Shown here in pieces: positions 1-13,000 of a stretch of DNA of 64,000 nucleotides. Numbering within the stretch: the stretch's first letter is position 1; every line of letters begins with the position of its first letter. This stretch comes from Lepidodermella squamata (taxonomy: Eukaryota > Animalia > Gastrotricha), in assembly GCA_047495785.1 (NCBI GenBank), contig JBLDXI010000013.1:4588001-4652000 (forward strand), read 5' to 3'. Made by a program: the position numbers and the translations under genes. The notes beneath the pieces are model-generated. The model did no database searches and had not been told where the DNA came from. It saw nothing but the letters and a program-made list of their open reading frames with translations.

Positions 1-1086
1 CTTGGAACAATTTAGATGACTCTCTATCGGCATAATCAATGATCAATTTCAAGTATTATTGCTTTCGGTAATAATCATATGAAATAGCATTGCTAACGGT
101 TGAATATCGAACATCTTCTATCAAGCTTGATGTTTGAATTCGAAGCTGTGATGTTACCCGACCGCCGATCAGAGAAGACAGTATAGAAGTTAGATGTTAT
201 GGTTCGATTTGAGATGAGCTTGGTTACGGGTTACGGCTAATCGAATCGAATCCACAAATCAAAAATGCCAGATTATGAAATTAGACTTGTCCATAAAGAA
301 CGCAGAAAATCTGCCTTCTCCTAAAGCTAAAAGCCACAAAGGCTTTCTTTTAAAGAATATCATCCGATACAAAGTGATATTTATAGAATCAATATACGTA
401 CCTTAAAGAATTCCAAATACATTATAGCTAGAAGCTAAATCCTAATTCAAGCCCCAAATAAATTATGTATTTTGTAGCATCAGTAATCAGTACCATCTTC
501 TCTGCAGGCTTTTATGAAGTAGAAAAAACAGAAGCAAAACAAGAAGCCAACAAACAAGTCAACAAACAATACAGGAGACTCGAGCGATATGCGATACCTT
601 CAGAATTCCTCCATAAAATGTGTTTTTCAAAGTTCAAGGAAATAGGAATTATACGCCACATCGGAAACAGCTTTCGTGGGTTAAGTGTCTGCAAAAAAGT
701 TTACCAGCATCCACATAACTGTAACTGATTTCCATGGAAGTAACTCGGATACATACCTACATACAACCCACAACTCTGTTTCCCGTTTCTCAAAACTCCG
801 AAACCCCTCCTCACGAAAACCGAAACCCGAAACCCGAGAGACGAGAACCGCGCGCCGCCGTTTTGAAAAATTCAATTTTCTAAATTTTGTATATCTGTCA
901 ATTATATTAAATGACGGCGCAGAAATTCTCAATACAAAACATGAGTCATAAAAGTCTCATATTTGCCGCGCATTTCGCAAACCTCGCCTCATTTTTCGCG
1001 CATACGGCTTCCTTATGCCGTGAACAAGTTTGGAGCGAATACGAATCATCTGCGACTTTTATTTGTGTCGAAAATCTGATGAAATC

Positions 1087-3004
1087 ATGACTTCATTAAA
1101 AAGGCTGATTGTTTTCACCGCGTTTTTCGTGTCAGCTTTTAGTGACGAGACTGCCACCCCAACCGCTCCCACTGTTGATAAAGGAGTTTACGTTTTGACA
1201 ACAGCGAATTTTGACAGCTTCATCCAAGAACATCCTTTCGCTTTTGTTGATTTTTATGCACCTTGGTCTTGACACTGCAAGGTGTTGGCACCGATATTGG
1301 AGGCTGTGGCAAATCAGATCAAAGATAGAAAGTACGGTGACAAATCTGTTGTCCTCGCCAAGGTTGATGGCACTGTTGAGACTGAGTTGAGCATTCGTTT
1401 CAAGGTGTCAGCATATCCCACTCTCAAGTGGTTCAGCGACGGCCAGGCGAGCAGATACGATGGAAAGCGCGTTGAGACCGACATTATTTCATTCATCGAC
1501 GAGCGCGCAGACCCCAACTGGAGAAAAGTCATCGATCTTACTGGGGCCAACTTCATGGAGTTTGTCGAAAAGCATGAAATTTCTTTGGTTCAATTCTACG
1601 CCCCTTGGTGTGGTCATAGCAAACGTCTGGCACCTGAATACGAGAAGGCTGCCCGTAAACTCAGCGAACGCCCAACTGAAGCTCCCATTCCTCTGGCTAA
1701 GGTCGATGCTACCTCAGCAGAGAGTACTGGTTTTGTGAAGTGTGAAGCAATATGTCGTTACTGTTTACCCGACGCTAAAAATTCTCCGTAAAGGTCGTGT
1801 TTTTGATTTCAAGTTGAAGGGGGCTCCGGATGAACATTCGATCGTCGCATATATGGAAAAACAAGCGCAGCCTGCTAGCTCAGAAATCTTCTACCGGAAC
1901 AACGTTAAGGAATTAGTCGGGCGCTCAGTTGAAGACGTGCTTGTTGTTGGATTTTTCGAATCGGAGACCGATAAATTCTACCAAACATACATCGAAGCTG
2001 CCAATGAAATGCGTGACGAAAAGCTTGAGGATGACAAGTTCCTCCATGTTATTGGCCGTGAAGCATGGAAAGACTACAATGTGACGAAGCCTCTAGTCGC
2101 TATCTACGTACCAACGCGTTTCCAGACCAAGTACGAACCTAAACGACACGAATTTACCACTGCCAATGCCAAGCGATCAGAAATTGTCGCTTTCATTCAA
2201 GCGAACTCTGTTCCCCTCGTTGGCCATTACAACTCGAATACTCATGAGAAGCGGTACAAATCCAGGCGTCCGCTTTGCCTGTTCTTAAGTCGATTTCTCG
2301 CCCAAATATCATGATACCACCCAGATGTGGCGTCGCAAGGTCGCCGATATTGCCAACGACTACCGTGACATTACCTTCGCTATTGCCAATGACGAAGAGT
2401 TCGACAGCGTTATGCGCGAAATGGGTTTCGAATACTCCAGGGAAGAAATCAACATCGCCTGCTACGATTCTAAGAGTGCGAAGTTCCCTCTTGATCCTCC
2501 GACGGAGGAATGGAGTGATGAACACGTCCGAAGCTATCTGAATAAAATGAAAAAGGGCGAACTGGAAGCTTTCTTCAAATCTCAACCCGTCCCGGCGAGG
2601 GCAAGGATAAATATGGCCAGATCACTATTGTTGTGGGTGAAACTTTCAACGACATCGTCATGAACTCTGAAAAAGATGTCTTGGTCTTCATCCACGCACC
2701 TTGGAGTCGCCATTGCAAGAACCTAGCCCTCGAGTACAAGAAGTTAGCCGAGAGGGTCATCCCGAAGGAAGGCAATAATTTGATTATTGCTAAGATCGAC
2801 GGTACAGCCAACGACCTTCACCCCGGCTTCACTGCCACAGACTTCCCGACCATTTACTTCGCGCCAGCTGGTCGCAAAGAGACCCCGCTTGAATACGGAG
2901 GCATTGGTACTGTCGACGACATGATCACCTTCATGAAGCAGCACTCGACTAAGTCGTTCATCGCCGACAAGAAAACCGACGATTCGAAGAAAGAAGAGCT
3001 CTGA
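1087..3004 (+). pseudogene. PDIA4: Intronless PDIA4/ERp72-like protein disulfide isomerase copy with a premature stop and about 3 frameshifts (probable processed pseudogene)
   Basis: Signal peptide MTSLKRLIVFTAFFVSAFS, three thioredoxin a-type domains ([28 protein letters not shown]), b/b' region and C-terminal KEEL. TGA at 1270-1272. Homology shifts frame near 1740, 2290-2310 and 2600. No introns, unlike neighbouring genes. Confidence 0.85.
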
Positions 3005-3677
3005 AACAAGTCACTCAATTATTATTATGACGAGGACACTAATCAGCATGAAAATGTTTGATTCTAGTTTGTGATAAAATGGCTTGCTCATTGTTTAAAT
3101 TAATTTTTATTCACTCATAGTGGAGTTGTTTTCCCGGTGAAATAATTTTGTGTTCTTGTTTTTCTGGGCGTTGTCTTGCCGTTTTACTGCGCTGTGTTTG
3201 TAGCCTTCAAGAGCGCTTAGGTGATCCCCACAAAACGAGCTAAAGATGATTACTGTTGTCTATCTGGGAACTGTTCTCATTACTGATGCAATCCATTGAG
3301 CGTAAATTAAACATCTTACTTCTTTACCGGGAAAAGAAGGTGCGAATACGAACAGAAGGTCAAATTTCAACCTTTCGATCTGCTCCAGGCTTCTTCTATG
3401 TGCAGAGTTTTGTTGACCCTGACATGATTTAATAATTTCGATGCGGTATGAGCGAAACGCCTAGAAATCTGTATAGAGAGTAAAAAGTGGTGGTCTTAAT
3501 TTCAAAACTTGCACTCCTGGAAGAACTATCAAGAGGCTTCCGCAATTGTGTTGATCTTTCACTTGCCACTGCTTGTATAAGAGAGAATTGTTTCATGAGA
3601 AAATAACTAAGTATGCTTCTATATTTTATAGATTATAAATTACGGTCTGGTTGGAAACTTCAGATATTGCGGGGCTT

Positions 3678-6600
3678 ATGGTAACTGCAGATAAATGTTG
3701 CTTTATGACTGCTAACATGCGACTTTTCATAACAGGATCTCAAAGCCTTTTCCAAAGATGATTTCGATTCAAAAACGTGGATCAATGAGTTCTTGAATGG
3801 CTTACCTACCGAGCCAGTCAGTGGAGACAAAGACGCCACACAACTAGTGTCGGCTGCAGTGATGAAACTTCAAGCAACATTCCACGAAACAGACGGCGAA
3901 ATTCAGGCCATTGCTGATGAGTTGCCACTGTTGCTGCCCAGGTAAAATGATCATTTTAATTTATGCTTGCAGCTGTTAAATTATGCATATTAGAACGCTG
4001 CAAGATCTCGAGCTACTATCAAAGGACTTGATTTTATTGAAAGATCAGATGAATACTGTGGGCAACGACGTTCGACATGTAAGTCAGATACTGTATAAGT
4101 ACTTTTCTGCGAGGAATTAATTTCTGTAATGTAAGAAGAATTAGATTCGCGCAAATTTTCGAAAAATCGCTCAAACATAAAATTGAACGAGTGGGTATAT
4201 TTCGAATGGCTGAATTGTGCCAATTTCGGCGACATCAAAGGGCGCTCGATCCAAGGCGAATTAGTTTAGTGTAAAAATAAACTAAAATAGTTGAAGCTTA
4301 TATCTGTTTAAGTTGAGTTTGCATCGTAAATTGATGCTGGCTGTTATATTTATTTGAGTCGTCACCGGTGAGTAAATTAGGAAAATAACAAAAATGCATA
4401 GGAGTAAGGGCGAGTAAAGGAAAATACAATGTATAGGGTAAAAATAGGGTTCGCTTACATCAGCATTTCAATTCGCTCGTCATCGTAAATTACATGATAG
4501 TCTACCCATCTATCAGTGATTAATGAGAATGTCACAGATTTCTCATCTTCGAAGTACGTCTCAATTCTGCGCTCTTGAAGTTCTCTAAAAGCTTTCATGA
4601 GCTATCTCGCACGAATCAGTTTCAATATCGAGAGTCTGAGGTCATCTGTAGCATTTAGCTTTTCCACTGCGAAACTAGCAGCCAATCTCTCGGAGTAATA
4701 TTCTCCGAAAGATGCCCTCATGTTCTATTTGATTAACTCGAAAGTGACCTAACAATTCTGGGGCTGAGTTCGGTTACTACGCCTGAAACTCAGTCTTTGC
4801 TGATCTCATGATCTCATCGATGTCAATCAAAATTTCATCCTCGTCCAAATCGACCGAATTCGAATCCTCAGATTTATCCAAAATATTTGTACATTGATCG
4901 GCTGGCACTGACCCGTGAGACAAGCTGGCACGAAAATCGGCAAAAAATTGTGATCGCCGAGAAGTTTGATGAATGCGTCCTCACGATGGCAGGCGTATAG
5001 GTCCAAAATGACAACACCAGGTTGCTCAGCGGGTGCTTTTCAAAACCGATCACAATAAAGCGAGAGAATATCTTCAACGTATTTCGATAAGGTTTCGGAT
5101 TTGTTCCAGTGAATCGAAGAGTGTGTGACGCTCAGATTGCTAGGATATGGCAGATTGGCATGACAGCGGTCAATGGCACCCTGGTAAATCATTTGAGGGG
5201 GCAGAACGTGGCCCGACTGCGTTGTACCCACCACCACAGTCATTTCTCGTTTGTCGTCGTAGCTGCGATGGGGACCGGCTTTGACCCGGAAAAATTACAA
5301 GTTTTATGAAAATGACCAGAACGAACTCTTGAAGCTTTAGGAAATGCGAAAATAGGAGTCCTGGTCGCTCCCATTCGCGAAAAAATTCCTCGCAGAAATT
5401 AAAACCTGAAAATAAGGCCCCTCGCAATACTTGAGTCCTCGCAGAAAATAGTACAGAATAATGAGATTTATTAAATTTAACTATTTCTGTATATCATAGG
5501 CTGAAAAACAATCGACAGAAGCTATGAAAACCTTGTTCACTCTCGAAACTATGAAACAGCGCATGATGCAAACCGAAAAAGCTCTAAAGGAAACGGACAA
5601 CTGGATCTCTCTAACTTCTGATATCGATGAATTATGCTCGGCTGGAGATTCGGAAAAGGTTGGCCTCATTTTAAACAGAATCAAGAAATCTTTAACTTTT
5701 AATTTTAGCTTTCTGACCGATTGGTTAAGCTTCACAAATGCTTGGCCCTTCTCGCGCCGGGTTTATCTGTCGAAGCCGTCACAGAGCGTCGTAACGTCCT
5801 ATCATCATTAGCCGATAAATACGAGGCAATTGTCAGCCCAGCTTTGGTGAAGGCTTTCAATGATTTAGACCGAGATACTGTCGCTAAATTTGTCGAAGTT
5901 TTCATTCTAATCGGCCGAACCGAACAGCTGCAATCGTATTACTGGCACTCCCGAGTTACAAAATACATGAGCCATTGGGATACGCTGCTGGAGCGCCACA
6001 GCTCAGCGAAATTCTGCTACGCTCTATCGGAGTTCTACGTTGATTTAACTCGAAATTGGCAGCAAGAAGTTCAGTGGTGTAGTTTGCTGTTCGACCAGCC
6101 TGCCCTGCTGTCATGCCGAGTTCTTGTAGAGCTGTCAAAAAAGCTAGAGTCGACTTTCACGTCAACGTTGGCGTCAAAAATCGAGCCAGAATCTGAATCG
6201 GCAATCGCGACTCTTATCGAATTCAAAGACGCTTGCGATAATTTCACAGAATCAGTAACAACATCAGGTTACTTGCCTCACCACTCAGATTTGCCGAAAC
6301 AGCTGTTCAAACTCGTCTACCACCCGCTGACGAGCTCTTTCGACAAATTTCAACCAGCCTTTGAGAAGCAGTTCCGCCGCACCTTGGACGCGATAATTTT
6401 AGACCACGTTGATATTGGCGAGTGTGTTCAGTTGTTAACTCGATCTGAGGAGAAGATTTTCGAGCAAGGAATTTCAGTGAAAGATAATTGCGATCGATTG
6501 CTAGACGGGTTCATCGCCCCAGTTTTCATTCCGGCGTTCGAAACGTTCTTGGTCGAGTATTTCAATGAAATCAAACGCGTGACTAGCAATTTACGTGAGC

Positions 6601-7568
6601 GAGTTTTCACGAAAATCATCACAGGTGAAACGCTATCGCCTGATCATTGGTCTGTCGTTAACAACTCGATTCAAATCGCTGTAATTGCCGGTAGTTGCTC
6701 CTTCGAATTAGCCGCAAAAGCTGGTGAATTATGCTCGGAGATCACCCCTATCCCTGACATCAATCGATCGGGTAGTACCTCGTCGGATCAGGGTGAATTG
6801 ACCCTATTCGTTGAGTGCCTTATGCAGGAATGTCCGAGATTCCGCCAGTTGTACCGAACGTTTGTAACAGCCGCGAATTCTGACGATAAAATCAAGGCAG
6901 TTTTGAATAAGGGTCTAACAGCGATTTCCGCCATGGCTAATACGATAATCACGTTTGTTCTGGATGTTTTGACAAAACCAGCGTTTTCTCAGCTGAAATC
7001 TCTGGTTTCTGGTCAAGACGAACAACAATCGCAAATTCATTCGTCGGTTTCTAGCGATCTGTTGCCCGACTATTCATTCGCTCCGAGGCATCAAATCGCC
7101 GAATTGGGGCAGTATTTATTGACTCTACCGCATCACCTCGACACATTCGGCTCGGGGAATGAGAAAAAACTAGCCGAGGCGCTACGAATTTGTTCGCATG
7201 GTTCGATAACTGTAGAAAAACAGAGAGCGTTATCGATTTCAGACCCTGATTCTTCGTTGCAAACTCAGCAAACCTCCGAGTTACTCCTCGAACCTGTGAG
7301 TCGAATGTTGGCTGACGAATTGATTCAAATTCTTCAGAAAAGCAATTATAAATGTTCGAATGCTGGCGCGGCTAAACAACTAGCGACCGATATTGATTAT
7401 TTGCTGGGCGTTTTCGATGATTTGGGCCAAATGCCGGCTGGTGCCGCGAAATTGAAGCAGCTATCCGGAATGCTACGCAGCGGATCGACTTCGCTGAATG
7501 ATCAAAGTGAACCGGTTTCGGCTGATGTTTTGAAATTGGCTAAACTGCTGTTGCCTCAAAATAACTAA
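3678..7568 (+). CDS. COG7: Conserved oligomeric Golgi complex subunit 7; exons 3678-3680, 3736-3941, 3994-4078, 5500-5658, 5709-7568
   Basis: Spliced N-terminus MDLKAFSKDDFDSKTWINEFL...SAAVMKLQ...LLPRTLQDLE, then ALKETDNW, LPDYSFAP..I..LGQYLLTLPHHLD and KQLATDIDYL..VFDDLG, all COG7 motifs. All junctions are GT-AG and phase-compatible. AATAAA at 7626. Confidence 0.92.
4888..5290 (-). mobile_element. Degenerate pogo/Tigger-type (DDE_1) transposase fragment in COG7 intron 3
   Basis: Frameshifted translation GSKPVPIA.YDDKREMTVVVGTTQSGHVLPPQMIYQG..RCH...VTHSSIHWNKSETL...GVVILDLYACHR...IFVPACLTGQCQPINV fits the pogo DDE_1 pattern. The last catalytic D (QPLDV) reads N. Confidence 0.85.
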
Positions 7569-7774
7569 TTTCTGAATAATTAATTTATCCATAATAATTA
7601 GTCATTCGTTGTGATGGTTGTGGTTAATAAATAACCAAGAATAACAGGTTTGGATTCGAAATTTTTAATTTATTAAATTAGAATTTCGCGAAAATTCCGA
7701 TAATTTTTCTAACTTCTGAGGAATGGCCGATCTTGAAAATTCATTAAAAATTATTTTCTAGGGATTAAATCTAA

Positions 7775-10700
7775 ATGACATCTCAAGAATCGAATTTGGT
7801 GGTGATTTCGCCCAAGGAGGGTCTTTTCTTCAAATCCTTGAACACAGCCGTTCATTTCGAGCTGCGAAAAACCGTCTCCGAGCCAGTTGCGTTCAAAGTC
7901 CTGTCAAAATTCCAGAAAATCTACCGCGTCAATCCGAATGTCGGCGTAATCGAGGGCCCAGTTGACCGAACAAAATCGATTTCAGTCACGTTGAACACTG
8001 ATATTTCATCAATATCCCAGGCTGATATAACTGGCTTGGCGAACGATGTTCTCCTAATCGATATTGTCCGAGTCGATGAAGTGGCTCAGAATGGCAATCC
8101 GCCGGCGAAAAAGGCGCATAAATCCAGCCATTTTGACTGGTCAAAGGTGGAAGATAGATCGAAAGTTCAAACGCTGAAATTGAGGTCGAAATTGGACCCG
8201 TTGTTCAAAATTCAGTTGACAAATCAAATGCTAGAAATTGTCAACGCGAAGCATGCGAAATTAATGGAAGAAGCGAAAAAATCTGAAGAAATTGCGTCAA
8301 CGGAGTGTCAAACTCGGGAAAGCCAGCAAACTTCTGATCAGCATGTTCAAACGCAATCTCAAGTGATGGAAGTTGAACCTAGCCAGGAGAAGCCAGTTGA
8401 AATTTCGATTTCTGAAAATGAGCCACCTGTTGGAAATGCGACTGTTGAAATGACGATGGTTTCCGAGGCGGAGGTGGAAAATTTCCCGGAAAAAATGCCG
8501 ATGCCTGAAATTATGAATTTGCTCAAGGAAATTCGCCAAATCGAGCTCAAAGCTGAAATTGTGAGTTGAATTCATCATTTTTTTTAATTTCAGTTGAAAA
8601 AATCTTCGAAAATTCAAAATTTTAAAGTTTTGCAAAAGAATATTTAAAATGAATACCATATCAAAAAGCGGGCGAAAAGCGTTTGGTGCGAGAGTAATTG
8701 AATAGATCCAGAAGAGTGTGAGAAGAGTCTTGACCGGTACTGACCTATGGTAATCTCGTCTTTATATATGTTTGCTGTTTAGAACAATAGCAAGATGAAA
8801 AAGATGAATTACGACCCGCGTCCTTAATGAGTGGGTCGATCATTGACTCTGTCGCACCTAAGTTCAGAACAGATGAGCTAAAGAAAGATAGGAAATGAGA
8901 TATTCTTACCAAATTTTCCTTTGTAAACCTGAGTGGAATTTCGAAAAATGAAAGCTGAAAACGAGGTAAATATCAAAATCCTACTAGGCTGGGTCGATCT
9001 TCGGCGATTTCCGCAGCTTTCGGAGCGGATCGCGAGGCGGACAGTAGTGATGAGCTGGTCCTTTTGATAACTCTGCTGGTCCTTCCGTTTCATCTCCTGA
9101 TCTTTTTCGTCAAGGCTCCGCTGGAACTGGACGCAGAGTTTTACCAGCTCTTCCTTTCCTAGTTGGTTTAGGGCGCTTTCGGGCAGCAGCAGCTCCAGCA
9201 GCAGTAGCGTCGGCAGACATAAGTCAGAAAAACTTCTACGAGTAAGTGTTCAATCAAAAATGTAGAAAAAATGACCATTAAAATATCAAGTAGCCTTGAA
9301 AGACGGGCTTTCACTCGAGCTTCTCCGTTGAAGCCTGACGCACAGGTCGGCCAGCTCAGCCTTGTCCAGATCAAGCAAGACGGCTTTTGACAGTAACAGC
9401 TTACCTTTATCGGCGGACATGGTGTGCAAGGGTAGATATTATCATAATCGTCAACGATCGAGCCGTCCCCTAACTCAAAAACACAATAAGTATAAATCCC
9501 CGATTTCTGTCATTCCTGGGGGTTGCATTAGCTGTAAGTATCTAGGCATAAGTAGCAACTTTTGCAACGCACTTTATTTTGTTTATATCATTTATTTTAA
9601 GACATCGAGAATATTCGAAATTCAGCACGCTACGTTCTGTTATTTTCTGAAATTTCATTTTGGAGCGGCCAAACGCTTCAACAATTCCACGTCGCATTTG
9701 CCCTCGTCGAGCACCCTTGTAGCGTCTCTTTCGATCTGAAACGATAAAATGTGCAGTAAATAATCTCACAAACAAAAACTGAAACACAAATAAGTATAGA
9801 TCACCCGTTGCTCGAGATGTCACACAGAAATGGAAGCAGAAGTCAGAAGTCATGATTGCCAGCTGATATTGCTAGTACAGTCAATAAATTGATGAAGAAA
9901 TTTAGCACGTGTTCTGTTGTTTTTCAACTGGAACTTGATTTCGTTAGCGTCGAGGCGGCCAACCGCTTTAATAAATTGATCGTCAACGGTCGAGCCGTCC
10001 CTTAACACAAATAGGTATGTATGGATCACCAATTTCTGTCATTCTTGGGGGTTGCATTAGCTGTAAGTATCTAGGCATAAGTAGCAACTTTTGCAACGCA
10101 CTGTACTTTGAAAGACTGGCCAAAATTGCCAGAAACTGAACACACGCTAAATGGACAATTGAGCAGGACTAGCGCCGCTCGCAGTTTTTGAAGAAATCGA
10201 AATTCTGCACGCTGTCTGTTATAACTGCTTTATTTTGAGGTGGCCAGTCGCTTCAGCATCTCGACGTCGCATTTGCCCTCGTCGAGCACCCTTGTAGCGT
10301 CCCTTTCGATCTGACACGATAAAATGTGTGATAATGGCGGAAACATTTAATTGGTGCTGCTTTTTAGCACCAACGATCCACAGAGGTAATTGAGCACATG
10401 CAAGATGTAAAACAATATAGCATGCAAATATGGACGAATTGATATATTAATATGTTATATCTCATATATTTTTGAAGTATTATTAATATGTTAGGCGGAA
10501 TTTAGCTGTGGCGGAAGTTAGGGCTGGCGGGAATCATGGCGGAAATCATAGGACTGGCGCTGACAGCATTATAGCATTTCGGGATATTTTGTTTGGGACG
10601 AGGCGGCCACGATCACAAGCGCACCGCCGTCGATCTTCGTGCGGTCCAAAATCATGGTAGCATCTCGTTCGATCTGAATCGATAAATTGCGTCGGCCATG

Positions 10701-13000
10701 CAAGCACAATGAACTTTAAAAATTACTATTAATCGTAATCGTAGGACTAATGTTGGAAAAGTGTGGACGGATAGTGATGCGACCAGCGTGCCTATCAGCC
10801 GGTCATTCTCCTCTAGATGAGATATTTAGATGCTAGCTCAGACTTGTCCAACTGCAGCACGAATTGCTTATTAAGAGGGATTTTGTTGACTTGGAATATT
10901 TGAACAAATTTCAATTTAAATAAATAACTAAAAACGATGAGTGCATTTTATGCGGTCGAGCCGCCCCTACCTCAGAATTTGAAAATTGCAACAGAAATAA
11001 GTAGAGATCACCCATTTCTGTCATTTTTAGGGGTTGGATTAGCCATAAGCATTCTTTTAGTCACCGCCAAATTTTCGTTTGTAAACCTGAGTGGAAGTTT
11101 GGAAAATGCATCTGTAAAGACATGGCGGCTATGATAAAAAAAAATCAAAATCTCGAGAGTTGGGTCGCTCTTGAGCGGCTTCTGCTGCGTGTGCGGCGGA
11201 ACATTAGGAGGCCAATTAGGGTCTTCTCGTTTTCAAGCAGCATGGTCGGAATATACCTGATGGTCTTTGGCCGCGAGCTGCTTCTCCTTGACCGCGAGCT
11301 GTTGCTGAAGGCTGATACACAAGTCTACCAGCTCAGGCAGGTTTTGCGGCGGACAACAAAGTGACGATTTCCAGCAGCTTCTGAATCTGCGTGTCTTTCG
11401 CTGCGAGCTGCTCGTCTGTAGCCGTGATGCGGCCTACGAAATCCTTTTCTTTCGCTGCTAGCTTCTGCTGGAAGCTGGTGCACAAGTCTGTCAGCTCAGA
11501 CTTAACCAGCTTGAGCAGCACTTCGTTCGACAGAAGAACCTTGTCTTCGTTAGCGGACATCATTGGATCTCAGCACAATAAATTACTATAATCGTACAAT
11601 TAAGGATTAACGTATGATACATTTTCAACTAAATATTGACAATGCTATTTTTGAGGTCCAAAATCAAAACATTTGACGTTTAGCCATATGAAATAAATTC
11701 GCTCAACGATTTCAGTCAGATATTCAGCTGATATTCAGCTGATATTGAGCCATCAGATGACTATCGTGACTTCTGACTGAAATGGCTATGGTGTTTAGCC
11801 GCGAGCTGTTGTTCCTTGGCCGTAAGCTGTTGTTCATTTGCCGCGGGCTGTTGCTCCTTGGCCGCGAGCCGTTGTTCCTTGGCCGTAAGCTGTTGCTCCT
11901 TGGCCGCGGGCTGTTGCTCCTTGGCCGCGAGCCGTTGTTCCTTGGCCGTAAGCTGTTGTTCCGTTGCCGTGAGCTTCCGAATAAAAAAAATAAACATCTT
12001 ACAGGGCTGGGTCGGCTAGCGGTTGTGGCTGCCTGTTGGGGCGGCAATGCTGCGACCAGCGTGGCTATCGGTCTTGTCTTTTTCTTCCAGCTGATGTTGA
12101 AGATTTACGCATAAGTCGACCAACTCGGACTTGCCCAGCTGCTGTAAGGCGATTTTCGGCAGCACCAGCTTATCATCATCGCTGGACATTGTAGTTTGCA
12201 AGAAGCAAATAAAAAATGAAAGAAGCAAATCAAAGGACTGGCGCTGACAGCATTATGGCATTTCGGGATATTTTGTTTGGGACGAGGCGGTCACGATCAC
12301 CAGCGCCCCGCGGTCGACAATCGTGCGCTCCAAAATTTTGGTAGCGTCTCGTTCGATCTGAAACGGCAAATAGCGTCGTAATTTCAAAACATCATTAAAA
12401 AAAAATCACTGTTGAGTCAGCCATTTGCTTCGATTGAGTTCAATCGATTAGCTAAGTTCAATTTGGTCGAGGAAGATTCACGAATTACAATCTCTATTCA
12501 ATGTCGGCAATTGCTTTAAGCAGCTTCTCATCGAACTTTCCATCGATGAGCACCTTCTCGAGCATCTTTCAATCGGAGAAGTGCGCTCAAGTGCAAAATA
12601 ACCCAAAAAAACAATGAAGTTGTGGTAAATTTCAGCCCACGCCTGGAAATATACTAATACGAGATATAGTTATTATGATTTGATTTGACTTGCGTTTAAA
12701 TGAAAATTCAAATTTTTTTATTTATTTCCAAAAAAATCTGATTAAACGCTAGAAAACTTGAAATGATACAAAAAGTTTATTTGCGTAATTTTTGCTAGAC
12801 ATTTTTGTTTCTTTTCATGTCATTAAATTGTTTCATTTATTTATTCTTAGGCCAATCGAGCGATTCGAGTTATGCGATGTGCGACCAGTCGAAACGTGCC
12901 GCCGTTGCTCGGCATCGTGAAGCGCGTCCACGACGCGGCCCAGTATCGCCTCGCCATGCGGACCGGTGACGAGAACATTTTCATGGAATTTGAGCAATAG
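7775..13000 (+). CDS. MSP (major sperm protein/VAP-like) domain protein; exons 7775-8560 and 12851-13000
   Basis: N-terminal VVISPKEGLFF...EPVAFKVLS...YRVNPNVGVIE MSP motif. Phase-0 donor ATT|gtgagt at 8561 and acceptor ttcttag|GCC at 12851 give a 49-codon terminal exon ending TAG, with AATAAA near 13099. The exon pairing is inferred. Confidence 0.7.
8800..12600 (-). pseudogene. Cluster of degenerate exon fragments from one unrecognised small coiled-coil gene family, antisense within the MSP-gene intron
   Basis: Recurrent minus-strand modules: MS.D..KL.L....L.QL.K.ELV.LC..LQ (about 9420, 9220, 10870, 11560, 11335, 12190); PLRFT.ENL (about 8930, 11090); LMQP..MTE.GDLYL (about 9530, 9800, 10060, 11040); cag|IERDAT..LD (about 9735, 10310, 10672, 12357). 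Most carry frameshifts or stops. Confidence 0.7.
11797..11972 (-). repeat. 21-bp tandem repeat (about 8 units) encoding the heptad (A/T)AKEQQL
   Basis: Units such as ttggccgcgagccgttgttcc and ttggccgtaagctgttgctcc. Translation LTATEQQLTAKEQRLAAKEQQPAAKEQQLTAKEQRL... Confidence 0.9.

Noticed and set aside
1264-1281. TGA in the first thioredoxin motif read as selenocysteine
   Set aside because: TGA occupies the Gly position (GGA>TGA), not a Cys position. Frameshifts follow and I identified no SECIS.
3480-3600. Possible LTR-retrotransposon pol fragment on the minus strand (NSLLYKQW...LIVLP)
   Set aside because: Too short, with no supporting neighbouring motifs.
9300-12200. WTAP/fl(2)d identity for the intronic coiled-coil family
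   Set aside because: Only a vague resemblance of the L....L..L.K.EL N-terminus, with no other WTAP motifs seen.
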